64,000 nucleotides of DNA from Candidatus Bathyarchaeota archaeon (GCA_963827165.1 CAWGZR010000009.1:64001-128000), one strand, 5' to 3'. Numbered from the stretch's first letter, positions 1 to 10,544 are shown. Numbers and translations: made by a program. The notes: generated by a model from the letters alone, not told the origin.

Positions 1-1
1 T

Positions 2-259
2 ACGGCGGAAAGAAGCCTTATGCTTCAGCTTGGTGGCGGCTGTCGAGTGCCCATCGGGGCAGTTGGGAAAGCAAATAGTCATGCATTAACTCTTCAGGGT
101 GTAATGTTTACTCTTGATGGGAAAAGTAAAATCGAAGGTTTTGAGCATGGTGACGTTAACGATGCGGAAGCTCTCGGCAAGAAAGTTGCTCAAAGACTTT
201 TGGAGCAGGGAGCCAAAGAAATCGAGCTAAAATGGAGAGAAAAATATGGTCCATGGTAA
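2..259 (+). CDS. hemC: Hydroxymethylbilane synthase (porphobilinogen deaminase), C-terminal part (5' truncated by window)
   Basis: Frame open from base 2: TAERSLMLQLGGGCRVPIG is the HemC cofactor-binding GGC-x-x-PIG motif; precedes cobA and hemD. Confidence 0.9.
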   Translation, partial: TAERSLMLQLGGGCRVPIGAVGKANSHALTLQGVMFTLDGKSKIEGFEHGDVNDAEALGKKVAQRLLEQGAKEIELKWREKYGPW

Positions 260-1001
260 AGTTTTTTTAGTGGGCGCGGGACCGGGCGACCCCAAACTGC
301 TTACGGTGAAAGCTGAGGCGCTTTTGAAGACGGCAGAGGTGGTAGTCTATGATCGCTTGGTTGGCGAAGAAATCCTTAAATTGGTTCCTGAAACTGCCGA
401 GAAAATATATGTTGGGAAACGAACGGGCAAGCATGTTGTTCCCCAAGAAAAAATCACTGAACTGCTCGTCGAAAAAGCACTCGCTTGCAAGAACGTGGTC
501 AGGCTGAAGGGTGGGGACCCATTTATTTTTGGCAGAGGCGGCGAAGAAGCTGAAGCATTAGCCGACAACAAAATTGAGTTTGAAGTGGTGCCAGGTGTTT
601 CTTCATCCGTTGCAGCACCGATGTACGCTGGAATTCCCTTGACGCATAGAAACTTCGCTTCATCCGTGGCAATAGTAACAGGTCACCGAGCAGGAGAAGG
701 AGAAAGAACCGTTGATTGGGCCAAGATTGCAGGCGCAGTCGACACTATTGTGGTTCTCATGGGCGTTGAGTCTTTAGATGCAATCACGAAGAAGCTGTTG
801 GAAGGCGGGTTAAACCCAGCAACACCCGTGGCCGTAATCGAAAAAGGAACTTCGGCGGAGCAGAGAACGGTAACTGGTACCATCAACAATATATTCAAAG
901 TTGCAGAGGCAGCAAAAATAATGCCTCCAGCCGTTATAATCATAGGCGAAGTTGTCTCCTTGGGCAGGAAACTTTCATGGTTCAAAACCAATCCGCGTTG
1001 A
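246..1001 (+). CDS. cobA: Uroporphyrinogen-III C-methyltransferase
   Basis: LVGAGPGDPKLLT, VRLKGGDPFIFGRGGEE, VPGVSS, GIPLTHR motifs. Confidence 0.95.
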   Translation: MVHGKVFLVGAGPGDPKLLTVKAEALLKTAEVVVYDRLVGEEILKLVPETAEKIYVGKRTGKHVVPQEKITELLVEKALACKNVVRLKGGDPFIFGRGGEEAEALADNKIEFEVVPGVSSSVAAPMYAGIPLTHRNFASSVAIVTGHRAGEGERTVDWAKIAGAVDTIVVLMGVESLDAITKKLLEGGLNPATPVAVIEKGTSAEQRTVTGTINNIFKVAEAAKIMPPAVIIIGEVVSLGRKLSWFKTNPR

Positions 1002-1819
1002 AAGGCAAAACCATAGCCGTGACCCGCCCATGCGGTCAAGCTGACGAAGAAGCAGAAATTATAATGAAAAACGGCGGCAGCCCATATTTGATCCCGACCA
1101 TAGAGATCAAGACTCTGAACGACTTGTCGCCCATAAAAAAGTTTATTGAGGAACTTACACTGGGAAAATTTGACTATGCCGTTTTCATGAGTGTAAACGG
1201 AGTAAAACACCTTTTAGCAGCCGCTGAAAACCTTAATCTCTCAAAAGAATTATTGGGTGGTTTAGAAAAAACTGTCATTGTGGCGGTAGGACCCAGAACC
1301 GCAGAGGAACTTAGAACCCACCACATTGACGTGAATCTTGTTCCCTTAAAGTACACCTCAGAAGGAATTGCAGAATGCATGCAGCCCTTAGGCGTCTTCA
1401 AAAAGAAAATAGCAATTCCCAGAACATCCTCAGCAAACCCAACTCTAAAAGAAAAACTAACAGAGATGGGCGGCATAGTTAAAGAAATCTTTGTTTACGA
1501 GTCGGGACTTCCTGCTGAAAGCGAATTGACAAAAAAGTTTTTACATGATTTGTCATCGGGAAGGATTCACGCCATCGTTTTTGGAAGCGGGTTATGCGCG
1601 AAGAATCTTTTTGAAATGCTCAAAGACATAGTCTCGCCGGATGAACTTGCGTCACTTTTGGGCTGCAAAGCAACAGTTGTCGCTATCGGACCGGTGACTG
1701 CAAGGACTTTGATCGAAATAGGTGTTAAAGTTAACGTGAAGCCAGAGTCACATACGTTTAAAGACGCAATAAGTGCGTTAGTCCGATTCTGGCAGGCGGA
1801 TTCACGAATTAGCTATTAG
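977..1819 (+). CDS. hemD: Uroporphyrinogen-III synthase
   Basis: IAVTRP, FMSVNGV, AVGPRTA and AIGPVTA motifs; operon with hemC/cobA. Confidence 0.9.
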   Translation: MVQNQSALKGKTIAVTRPCGQADEEAEIIMKNGGSPYLIPTIEIKTLNDLSPIKKFIEELTLGKFDYAVFMSVNGVKHLLAAAENLNLSKELLGGLEKTVIVAVGPRTAEELRTHHIDVNLVPLKYTSEGIAECMQPLGVFKKKIAIPRTSSANPTLKEKLTEMGGIVKEIFVYESGLPAESELTKKFLHDLSSGRIHAIVFGSGLCAKNLFEMLKDIVSPDELASLLGCKATVVAIGPVTARTLIEIGVKVNVKPESHTFKDAISALVRFWQADSRISY

Positions 1820-1930
1820 GTTTAAGCGCCACGTCATCTTTTCTTCAGGATTTTTAATACGAAGATCGCGTCAAGATTTGAGGTTCATAATTGATAAATC
1901 AAACATTCACTAAACCAATGAAGGATAGTA

Positions 1931-2128
1931 ATGGAAACCAATCAAGAAACACAGATACCCTGTGCCAAATGCCAATCGTATAATGCAGAAAGAAGAAAAT
2001 TCTCCTGCAAACCTCACATCTGCAAAGAACTCTCAGCATGGCTTCTAAAACATGTTCCCCAACTCGCGCCGAACCCAAACAAGATTGAATGGCATCTTCA
2101 GGAAACTATAATCCCGTACGTGGTTTAA
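1931..2128 (+). CDS. Small Cys-rich hypothetical protein
   Basis: 65 aa with CAKC...CKPHIC; AAGGA upstream of ATG. Confidence 0.55.
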   Translation: METNQETQIPCAKCQSYNAERRKFSCKPHICKELSAWLLKHVPQLAPNPNKIEWHLQETIIPYVV

Positions 2129-2174
2129 GCCACGCGCATTACTTTCTGAGCAGCAGTTTAATCTCCTAAAACTG

Positions 2175-2813
2175 TTGTTGCGACTCAACAGTCACAAAAC
2201 TATACAACAGCAAGAAGCCTACTTTTATGGTGTGAAATTCAAATCTCTACATGAAAAATCAAGGCTCCTTGACAGTTCAATAGATGAATATCTCAAGGCA
2301 AATGGAAGTTTTGTTCCAATGCGCCAGCTGCAGGAAAAAGTCCAAGCTGTTTTTCCCGATGCTGTTATGGTTAATTTTGGGTTGCATAAACTTGTTTTTC
2401 ACCTGCGGCATAAGAGCCATGAGTTGGTTCTTAAAGTTGGGAAGGCACAGGCGGTGGAGCGTGACCACAGAGTCTACAAGCAGATGCCGCCAAACTTGAG
2501 GCATGTGTATCTTGCAAGGATTTTTTGGCACACCCAATATTCGATTCTACAGGAGTACGGCGTTGAAGCTGACGTTTCATCGGAGAGCCTTGCACAGCTC
2601 AAAGAGATAGCGGAGCAGTACGGCTTATTGGACATAACATGCGACAACGTCAGGAGCGTAGACGGAAAATTGAAAATCATAGATGCAAACATCGCGCCAA
2701 CGGGGCTATTTCCACTCTGGAAAACGGCTGATACCATCAGGGACATCTTACCGCCGCCAATCAGAAAAGCAATAAGGAAGACCCGACTGCTCATCAGCGT
2801 TAAGGAAAAATAG
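2175..2813 (+). CDS. Hypothetical protein with minimal protein-kinase-like fold
   Basis: VLKVG (beta3 Lys), E in AVERD, ILQEY, DITCDN (D-x4-N) and IIDA motifs; start uncertain. Confidence 0.55.
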   Translation: MLRLNSHKTIQQQEAYFYGVKFKSLHEKSRLLDSSIDEYLKANGSFVPMRQLQEKVQAVFPDAVMVNFGLHKLVFHLRHKSHELVLKVGKAQAVERDHRVYKQMPPNLRHVYLARIFWHTQYSILQEYGVEADVSSESLAQLKEIAEQYGLLDITCDNVRSVDGKLKIIDANIAPTGLFPLWKTADTIRDILPPPIRKAIRKTRLLISVKEK

Positions 2814-2892
2814 GTACAGTTTTGATTGTTTTCTTTCTTTTGTTTTTTCGGAAAAACATATCAAGCCGATGCATTCATCATGAAAGTGTAAC

Positions 2893-4227
2893 ATGACAGT
2901 CACTTCGCCTCTGCAAAACGTCCATGGTTCAGACAACTGGCTAAAAGACATTTTGAACGCGGCGAAACTGGCAAGCACCGACCAACTGTTTACACGGACC
3001 TCAGAGGACAGCCTCTGCGTTTTATGCAAAGGCGCAAGGTTTCTCTGTGGCAAAACCCGTTGCCCAATCATGCTTAAAGTAAACTACTTCCTAAAAAGCG
3101 TCCCCTTGATGAGCGAAGACATCGCCGGCATGTCGCCCCCAAGCGTTTTCATTGGGCGAATTGGATACCCAAACGTCTATGCAGGACCCCTTGTCCCACC
3201 TATTCATGAAGACACGGCAATTTACGATTTGCCTGAACGATGGTTCGGTAAATCCATGGATGAAATCGTCGGTTTCCGCAGTCTCCTTGTAAGGGGAAAG
3301 CACAGGGTTAATGTAAGAAACTTCAATAGCGCTGGGAAGATCCTGGATCAAACCCGCGAGCTAGCCCTTGCCGACAGCAGCGTAGACATCGAATTGAACC
3401 TCACCAAAAAACCTCACAGCTCCCTCTTTCTTGACGACAATGTGCAACCGTTCGGTCCCTCCGCGCCCATTCGGGACTTACATGTCGGCAATGCACGCTA
3501 TGACGACAAAATAGAGAAGGCATACTACGACTCGGATCTTCGTGCTCAACCCGCGGTGCTTGAACTCTACGGAAAGGGAGTTATGGTTAGTAAGATCCAA
3601 AAGGCATTCAGTGTGGGTGCATTCGGAGTGGAAAAAAACAGGCGTTTAGTTCCGACGCGCTGGAGCATAACTGCCGTCGACGACATGATCTCTAAGAATT
3701 TGATGACGAAAGTAAGAACCTACCCTGAAATCAACGAGTTCCGCGTTTACGAATCAATCTATTTGGATAACGTTTTTGAAATCTTGATGATTCCGCAACA
3801 GTGGAGTTACGAATCCATGGAAGCTTGGTACCCCGGCACCGTTTGGAACCCAACGGGCAACAGCATTGCAATCTATTCGGATTGGGAAGGCAACAGTGGG
3901 CGAACAACTTACGCTGCAATAGGCGGCTGCTATTACTCCGCCCGGCTGGCAACGTGTGAGCAGCTTGAGAGAGAACGACGGCAAGCCACAGTTGTAGTGT
4001 TACGGGAAGCACGACCTGGGTACATAATGCCAATCGGCGTCTGGCAAGTCCGTGAAAACGTCAGAAACGCCATGAAGCAGAAACCCTTCGTTTTCAAAAG
4101 TTTGGCAGAGTCGCTGCAGTTCATCGGCGGCAGATTTGAGATTCCTATGCAACGTTGGATATTGCAAAGTGAACTATTGAAGAAGGCGTTGTTCCAAAAG
4201 AAAATATCCGACTTCTTCAAAGCTTAA
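2893..4227 (+). CDS. nreA: Nre family DNA repair protein
   Basis: CVLCKG..LCGKTRCP N-terminus, SPPSVFIGRIGYP, RRLVPTRWSITAVD, GGCYY, GVWQVRENVR, C-terminal PIP box QKKISDFF. Confidence 0.92.
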   Translation: MTVTSPLQNVHGSDNWLKDILNAAKLASTDQLFTRTSEDSLCVLCKGARFLCGKTRCPIMLKVNYFLKSVPLMSEDIAGMSPPSVFIGRIGYPNVYAGPLVPPIHEDTAIYDLPERWFGKSMDEIVGFRSLLVRGKHRVNVRNFNSAGKILDQTRELALADSSVDIELNLTKKPHSSLFLDDNVQPFGPSAPIRDLHVGNARYDDKIEKAYYDSDLRAQPAVLELYGKGVMVSKIQKAFSVGAFGVEKNRRLVPTRWSITAVDDMISKNLMTKVRTYPEINEFRVYESIYLDNVFEILMIPQQWSYESMEAWYPGTVWNPTGNSIAIYSDWEGNSGRTTYAAIGGCYYSARLATCEQLERERRQATVVVLREARPGYIMPIGVWQVRENVRNAMKQKPFVFKSLAESLQFIGGRFEIPMQRWILQSELLKKALFQKKISDFFKA

Positions 4228-4265
4228 TCGCGGACCATCCTGTCGAAATTGAAGTTTTCAGTTGG

Positions 4266-5939
4266 GTGACAACAAATTTTAAAAAAGAAGCATCATTATA
4301 CTCTGAACTGAATCCTATGTTAAACCCTGCCTTGAGAAAGTTCCTTTTGCCCTTTGCACCACAAAAAAGCAAGGAGCCTTTCAACGCGGAACTTGAAGAA
4401 GCCACCGTTTACGCGTTCGCGGAGCTTGAAAGAGTTAAGGGCGGCGGATTAATTTTGAAGCAGCCTGAGGAGAAGCTCGTGTTTTTAGCCAAAATCGGCT
4501 ATCCACTTTGGTTGCTTCCCAATGGCGAAACAACCTACATTTTCGATGATTTAAAAAACACAAAGTACGTTATGACCTATTTTGAATTGCCTTCTACAAA
4601 AGCCTTCACAGATGGTCTAGAAACCAACTCCAAGACTATAGAGAACTTCATGACTTTCTTATCCGATCACAGTAACTATTTTTTGCAGCCGAAAAAGGAG
4701 AAGGAGCTTTCGGTTGACAATTTGATCGTCGACTCGGATTTCAAACGGGAATTTGCCATTTACCGCCGCGAAGCCGTTGAAGTTACGGCTCAAACGACAA
4801 ACGCTTTGCTCCCACCTGTTCAGCAAGAAACTGCAGTTTCATCGCTCTTGACGGAAATTGTGTATCTGCAGGCTGGTGCGAGGGAAGACGCAAACAAGCT
4901 TGCTGAATGCCTAAGATCCGTCAAAAGAACAACAGGCGAATACGTCGCGGACCTTGATTACGCTGCGAAAGCCGTCGAGGACGAGGCAAACGCCAAAATT
5001 AAAGCTCAACAAGAATTCATAAACCCCAAAATCATGAACCTGAACAACCTTTACAAGAAGCGAATAGCAGACGTCACCAGAAGCTTTGACCGAGAACTTG
5101 AAATCTGGGTGAAAATAAAGTCGAAGAACGAAAAACACACGGAGAATGACCAGGAAAAAATTAGAACCTACATGCGAGAAGCCGAAGCTCAAGCATCAAA
5201 AAACCATGCTATTTACGAGAAGCGATGGAAAGAAAAAATTGCACAAACAAAAAAAGAAATCAACGGAATAAAGAAAGAACTAAAACGCGCTGAAAAAAAC
5301 ATTAAAAACCTCACAAAACAGAAAAAATCGCAGACAACCAAGTTCCAGTTTGAATTGGAAACGGAAATTAAGCGGCTCCGCCAGCCCCTATACGACTTGG
5401 AGGTCGCCCGCGACGCCAAAATGCTTGTTTTTAAACGGGAAACAGAGAAGCTGCTTAAACTCGAAAAACCCTTAGTCGACGGGCTTAACGACGCGATTAA
5501 ACTGGGAGAAACCGTGAACGCGAAGTTCGCAGTGCTTGGCAATGTAGATCAACAACTGAAGAGCCCAGCTCTATTCTACATTCCTTTCTACGCTGCATAC
5601 TACCAATCGGGATCAAGCAGACGCTTCATTTTTCTTTCCCCGTCCACAGCAAGCGACGAAGGTTTCAGCTCCAAAATTAAAGGCGCATTGGGCAGGTCAA
5701 AGATTAAGCAGCTTGTGATTCCACGTTTCAAAGCCATTTCGAGTTTGATCGACAACATACAAGTCCTTGTTAAACAGGACAGCTCCTTAGACAGTCAAAT
5801 CCGAAGTTTAGGAGAAAAAAACAACATTTTGAACAGCCCTTTAATGCGCGGCAAAATTGCCGATGGATCGCTTCGCCTCAGAAGTGAAGGTTGGCTTTCA
5901 GACAAGGAATACGAGGAAGTAAACGACAGTTTGGCATGA
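4266..5939 (+). CDS. Hypothetical long coiled-coil protein
   Basis: 557-aa ORF, Lys/Glu-rich heptad central region, YIPFY motif near C-terminus. Confidence 0.75.
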   Translation: MTTNFKKEASLYSELNPMLNPALRKFLLPFAPQKSKEPFNAELEEATVYAFAELERVKGGGLILKQPEEKLVFLAKIGYPLWLLPNGETTYIFDDLKNTKYVMTYFELPSTKAFTDGLETNSKTIENFMTFLSDHSNYFLQPKKEKELSVDNLIVDSDFKREFAIYRREAVEVTAQTTNALLPPVQQETAVSSLLTEIVYLQAGAREDANKLAECLRSVKRTTGEYVADLDYAAKAVEDEANAKIKAQQEFINPKIMNLNNLYKKRIADVTRSFDRELEIWVKIKSKNEKHTENDQEKIRTYMREAEAQASKNHAIYEKRWKEKIAQTKKEINGIKKELKRAEKNIKNLTKQKKSQTTKFQFELETEIKRLRQPLYDLEVARDAKMLVFKRETEKLLKLEKPLVDGLNDAIKLGETVNAKFAVLGNVDQQLKSPALFYIPFYAAYYQSGSSRRFIFLSPSTASDEGFSSKIKGALGRSKIKQLVIPRFKAISSLIDNIQVLVKQDSSLDSQIRSLGEKNNILNSPLMRGKIADGSLRLRSEGWLSDKEYEEVNDSLA

Positions 5940-6015
5940 CTCTTGGAATAAAGTTTCTAGCCATTTTAGAAGAAGACTTATAGGTTGCCACTGTTAACCT
6001 GTGGTGGTTTCTAAA

Positions 6016-6099
6016 ATGGTAAACCTATTTGTCAAAGAAGAAGAAAACGAAGAAGATTGCGACGACTGCGACTGCGAAGATTGCGAAGACGAAGAATAA
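6016..6099 (+). CDS. Unannotated 27-aa acidic Cys-rich peptide (MVNLFVKEEENEEDCDDCDCEDCEDEE)
   Basis: Hand-translated; GGTGG SD-like sequence upstream, T-tract downstream (about 6113-6126). Confidence 0.5.
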   Translation: MVNLFVKEEENEEDCDDCDCEDCEDEE

Positions 6100-6205
6100 A
6101 GCAACTCATCACTTCTTTTTTTCTTTAAAACCACTTAATTTAAATGTGTTCCTCGAAAAACTTAATGCGCTCTTTCGCCTTCAATAAACCTAAGGCGATT
6201 TTGAA

Positions 6206-6628
6206 ATGAAAAAGTTTACGGGAAAAACCTCAACTGCGATAATCCCATTTCCCAAGGATAAGATTTTGCTTGTCAAAAGGGACACGGTGCCTTTCAAAGG
6301 CTACTGGGCGCTGCCCGGAGGCAGAATGGACCTAGGCGAAACCGTCGAGCAAACAATTGTTCGCGAGTGTAGGGAAGAAACGGGGCTTCAGGTAGAAATA
6401 ACCGGTAAAATAGGGGAGTATGTGGAGAAGGGAGTTAAGGATGATGTGGATTATGAGTATTACCCAACGTGCTTTTTAGTCAAGGTGGTCGGGGGAGAAA
6501 TAAGGCGGCAAGAAAGCGAAATCCAGGAAATACGGATTTTCAGTCTAAAGCGTCTGCCTAAGGTTTTGGCGTTTGAGCACTATAAAATGATTGAGGATTA
6601 CTTGAAAGCTGCGAAAGATTTTCTTTAG
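6206..6628 (+). CDS. NUDIX hydrolase
   Basis: Nudix box WALPGGRMDLGETVEQTIVRECREETG. Confidence 0.93.
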   Translation: MKKFTGKTSTAIIPFPKDKILLVKRDTVPFKGYWALPGGRMDLGETVEQTIVRECREETGLQVEITGKIGEYVEKGVKDDVDYEYYPTCFLVKVVGGEIRRQESEIQEIRIFSLKRLPKVLAFEHYKMIEDYLKAAKDFL

Positions 6629-6715
6629 ATAAAGAATAATTGGATATTCTCATAGGCGTGTGCGAGTGAAATCATTTGATTTAGGTGGTTATTCTCCGGT
6701 GTCTCTTGCCTTGGT

Positions 6716-7195
6716 TTATTTGGAAGATCTAAACCTTCTTGGTTTCAGGTAGTTCCATGGTGCGTAGTGAAGGCCATAGAAGAAAACGAGTACGCCGAAA
6801 GCGATTATCGTAACTCCGACAACAATCGCTATGACAGCCAGAAATGCATCAGCTGCGATTATCCCGCTAGATGAAGCCTCTAGTGGCACTCCAAAAGTCA
6901 AAAATACGCCAAGGGCAAGTGCAGATGTGCCTAGAATTGCGAGACCTACGTCACTCTTTTTGACTCCATTAATCTTTCCGTAAACTGTTACAAAAGTAAG
7001 GAATGCAATTCCTGCTGCAAAAAGTGCAATGATCTCAACCCAATATACAGGCATAATGTGTACTGTAGGGTTCCCTTCGGCGTCATATATTGTTACGTTC
7101 TTAGTGAATTCAAAGAGGTAACTTGCTAACCCCCAAAGAACCACCCCAAGCGCAACGAAGCTGATTCTAATTTTTTGTAGGCTAATATTACTCAT
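6716..7195 (-). CDS. Hypothetical membrane protein (about 4 TM)
   Basis: Four hydrophobic segments; 4-bp overlap with upstream flavodoxin. Confidence 0.7.
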   Translation of the reverse strand: MSNISLQKIRISFVALGVVLWGLASYLFEFTKNVTIYDAEGNPTVHIMPVYWVEIIALFAAGIAFLTFVTVYGKINGVKKSDVGLAILGTSALALGVFLTFGVPLEASSSGIIAADAFLAVIAIVVGVTIIAFGVLVFFYGLHYAPWNYLKPRRFRSSK

Positions 7196-7614
7196 AGCTG
7201 CTTTTCCAATGCCTTCCTTATTTCACCAAGAACCTCTGAGAAATCTGCATCTTTATCAGGTTTCATCCCCTTTTTGGATACTTTCGCTACTGTCTTGTAG
7301 CCTTTGTTTTCCAGCTGCTTTTCGATTTTTTTCATTGCTCGCTCGTTTCCGAAGGCGCGGTAAGTGCAAAACAAGATGACCTTCTTTCCCTCTGCCATAG
7401 GCATGTTTTCAACAAAGGCTGTTGCTTCTTTCGCAGGGCTGGCGCCTTCAACAGGGTTACCGATAATTAAGACATCAAATTCTGCGAGTGCTGACGGCTG
7501 CGTTGATCCCATGTCGAAAATCGGCGCTTTGAACGCATCGGCTATTGCTTGGGCTAAACGTTTTGTGTTTCCCGTTCTTGAAAAGTAGACAATACACGGC
7601 TTCATAATTTCCAT
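7192..7614 (-). CDS. Flavodoxin family protein
   Basis: IVYFSRTGNTKRLAQAIA FMN-binding loop. Confidence 0.88.
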   Translation of the reverse strand: MEIMKPCIVYFSRTGNTKRLAQAIADAFKAPIFDMGSTQPSALAEFDVLIIGNPVEGASPAKEATAFVENMPMAEGKKVILFCTYRAFGNERAMKKIEKQLENKGYKTVAKVSKKGMKPDKDADFSEVLGEIRKALEKQL

Positions 7615-7711
7615 TAGCGTTTAGTCGGTTAATATAACCTTCTATATAGTCCTCCAAGCATCGACGGTGTTAATTTTAATAGTTCAGCAATAATAGTTGG
7701 TTTGACCGAAA

Positions 7712-9487
7712 ATGATGGATTACGCGGTTATTGCCGAAGCTTACGAGAAAATTGAAGCAACCTCAAAACGGCTTGAAATGACCGATTTGCTAGTTGACCT
7801 ACTCAAGAGAACACCAAAAGACGTCATTGCAAAAGTCGTATATTTAACTCAAGGCAAACTGTACCCAGATTTCCTGGGCGTCGAAATGGGCGTCGCTGAA
7901 AAACTAGCCATCAGAGCATTAGCTCGTGCTGCTGGGCAAAGCGAAAGCCTAATCGAGTCGGAACTGCAGAAAAGCGGGGACATCGGCGAAACATCCCAGA
8001 AGCTCCTGTCAAAAAGGAAACAGTCAACCTTTTTCAACGTTAAGCTGACAGTGGAGCGGGTTTATGAGACCTTGGATAAGTTGGCTAAAACTTCAGGTTC
8101 TGGCGCAGTCGACACGAAAATGGCGATGCTATGCGGATTGTTAACTGATGCATCGCCAAATGAGGCGAAGTGGATTATTAGAACGGTAACTGGTAACCTG
8201 CGGCTTGGAATCGCGGACATGACCGTTCTTGATGCCTTAGCAATCGCGTACGCAGGGGGAAAAGAATCTCGGGAAATAGTTGAGCGAGCGTATAGTATTT
8301 CATCTGACCTTGGTAGAGTTGCAAACGTTGTGGTTGAACAAGGTCTAGAGGGAATTAGAAAATTCACAGTTATGGTTTTCGAGCCTATAAGGCCCATGCT
8401 GGCTGAAAGGTTAGCGTCACCTGAAGAAATCCTCGACAAGTTAGGAGGTAAATGCGCAGCCGAGTACAAGTACGATGGCGAACGTATCCAAGCTCATAAG
8501 AAAGGGGATAAAGTGATATTGTTTTCGCGACGTTTAGAAAATATTTCCAGCCAATACCCTGACGCGGTGGATTTAATCAAAGAAAAGATCTCTGCTAAAG
8601 AAGCCATTTTGGAAGCGGAATGCGTCGCAATGGATTTGGATACTGGCGACATGCGTCCTTTTCAGGAGCTTATGCACCGGAGGCGCAAATACGGCGTCGA
8701 AGAAGCCATTTCTCAATACCCGATTTCCCTTTTTCCCTTTGACTTGCTCTACGTGGACGGGGAAGACTTAACCCAAAAACCCCTCAGGGAAAGACGAAAA
8801 AAACTCCAATCCACCATTAAGGAAACTGACCGCGTTAAACCAGCTATCCAAAAAATCGTAAAGAATCCCAAGGAGCTTGAAGATTTCTTTGAAGAAGCAA
8901 TAGAGAAGGGCTGCGAAGGATTAATGTGCAAATCCATTGCGGATAACTCGCCTTACCAAGCAGGAAGCAGAGGTTGGCTATGGATAAAGTATAAACGCGA
9001 CTACAAAAGCGAAATGACAGATACCGTGGACTTGGTGGTTGTCGGCGCATTTCACGGTAGAGGAAAACGTGTGGGAACCTACGGCGCCCTGCTGTTGGCC
9101 ACATACAACAAAAAAGCGGACACTTTTGAAACCGTAACTAAATGCGGAACAGGATTCACCGACAAAGACCTCATAACACTTCGTGATACCCTAGCGAAAC
9201 ATCTGATTCCCCGCAAAAACACCCGCGTCCAATCCACATTGCAGGCTGACGTCTGGTTTGAACCTAGCTTGGTGCTTGACATTTTAGGCGCAGAAATCAC
9301 TCTTAGCCCAATCCACACATGCGCAATGAACTCAATTCGTAAAGGCAGCGGCTTAGCAATCCGTTTTCCGCGGTTCACAGGAAAATACCGAAACGACAAA
9401 GCCCCGGAAGACGCAACATCTTCAAAGGAAATCGTTGAAATGTATCGAGCGCAACTTAAGAAAATCAGCGAAACTCCTAACCCGTAA
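7712..9487 (+). CDS. lig: ATP-dependent DNA ligase
   Basis: EYKYDGER adenylation motif, EGLMCK, WIKYKRDY, IRFPRF. Confidence 0.97.
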   Translation: MMDYAVIAEAYEKIEATSKRLEMTDLLVDLLKRTPKDVIAKVVYLTQGKLYPDFLGVEMGVAEKLAIRALARAAGQSESLIESELQKSGDIGETSQKLLSKRKQSTFFNVKLTVERVYETLDKLAKTSGSGAVDTKMAMLCGLLTDASPNEAKWIIRTVTGNLRLGIADMTVLDALAIAYAGGKESREIVERAYSISSDLGRVANVVVEQGLEGIRKFTVMVFEPIRPMLAERLASPEEILDKLGGKCAAEYKYDGERIQAHKKGDKVILFSRRLENISSQYPDAVDLIKEKISAKEAILEAECVAMDLDTGDMRPFQELMHRRRKYGVEEAISQYPISLFPFDLLYVDGEDLTQKPLRERRKKLQSTIKETDRVKPAIQKIVKNPKELEDFFEEAIEKGCEGLMCKSIADNSPYQAGSRGWLWIKYKRDYKSEMTDTVDLVVVGAFHGRGKRVGTYGALLLATYNKKADTFETVTKCGTGFTDKDLITLRDTLAKHLIPRKNTRVQSTLQADVWFEPSLVLDILGAEITLSPIHTCAMNSIRKGSGLAIRFPRFTGKYRNDKAPEDATSSKEIVEMYRAQLKKISETPNP

Positions 9488-9558
9488 AATGCTCCTGGGA
9501 AAAAGCTATGCTAAGACTGATAAGCATCTACTGACAAAATAAGTGGCGTGGGATTGGT

Positions 9559-10221
9559 TTGTCGCAAGATCCAGAGAAAATGAAGTCGCTTATCGCTTTC
9601 AAGAAGAGGCTTGAAGACCAACTTGAAAAATTGGCCGCTGAATCCAAAGAAGTTCAGGATTCGTTGGACGCGGTTAACGAGATTTTGCTTGATAAGGGGT
9701 TTAGACGCCTAGACCTCAAAGATGCCGCTGCAACGTCGACGCCTCCGCCTAGTCCTAAAGAAGTTGTCTTGCCCAAATCAGGGCCTGAAGCACCAAAAGT
9801 TGTGATTCAACGACCGCCGGAGCAGGTAAAAACCGCTGAACCCCAGCAATCCCTGGAAAGGGAGCCCGTTATCCCCCTCAAAACCATGGCTGAAGAACCC
9901 TTAGCGCTGATAATCTTTGACAAGCAGGGAATGCATGTGTTGCCTGACGAAACCAAAAACTTCAGCGTCAACACCCTGCCCTTCAACAATTTCTTAGTTG
10001 AGAAAGTTTTCGCTAAAATGCAGGAGAAAGATGCTGAGTTAGTGAAGACCAAGCAGTTAACGCCGGATAAAGCGTTTTCCTTCAATGTTGTGCGTGAGGG
10101 CGATTTGATTAGGGAAATAGTGATTCGAAACGTCGACGAAGAAAGGCTCAAGGAGCTTAAGTCTAGCATCCGCTGGACTTTCGAGAAAATGCATGAAAAA
10201 ATGAAAAGTGCCCAAAGCTAA
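9559..10221 (+). CDS. Hypothetical protein (N-terminal coiled coil, Pro-rich linker)
   Basis: 220-aa ORF downstream of lig. Confidence 0.7.
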   Translation: MSQDPEKMKSLIAFKKRLEDQLEKLAAESKEVQDSLDAVNEILLDKGFRRLDLKDAAATSTPPPSPKEVVLPKSGPEAPKVVIQRPPEQVKTAEPQQSLEREPVIPLKTMAEEPLALIIFDKQGMHVLPDETKNFSVNTLPFNNFLVEKVFAKMQEKDAELVKTKQLTPDKAFSFNVVREGDLIREIVIRNVDEERLKELKSSIRWTFEKMHEKMKSAQS

Positions 10222-10544
10222 ACTAAATGTTTCTGAAAGGTCTCAGTTATTCTGTTTTTGGGGCACAAGCCAACTAGCCGTTCAGCTTCCTTGCCATCTT
10301 TGAATAGGATCATTGTTGGTATGCTGAAGACTTGGAAGCGTTCAGCCGTAGCTGAGTTCTCGTCGACATCAAGCTTGCCAACCAAAACCTTACCGCTAAA
10401 CTCCTTCGCTAACTCCACAATTGTCGGCGCTAAGGCTCGGCAGGGTCCACACCAATTCGCCCAAAAATCAACCAAAACAACCTTGTTTTTCTGTATTGTT
10501 TCTTCAAAATTTGCGTCTGTAACATGAAAAGGTTCAACACTCAT
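10218..10544 (-). CDS. trxA: Thioredoxin
   Basis: VDFWANWCGPC, SIPT; start re-called at MSVEPF (ATG 10544, AGGTG upstream). Confidence 0.93.
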   Translation of the reverse strand: MSVEPFHVTDANFEETIQKNKVVLVDFWANWCGPCRALAPTIVELAKEFSGKVLVGKLDVDENSATAERFQVFSIPTMILFKDGKEAERLVGLCPKNRITETFQKHLV

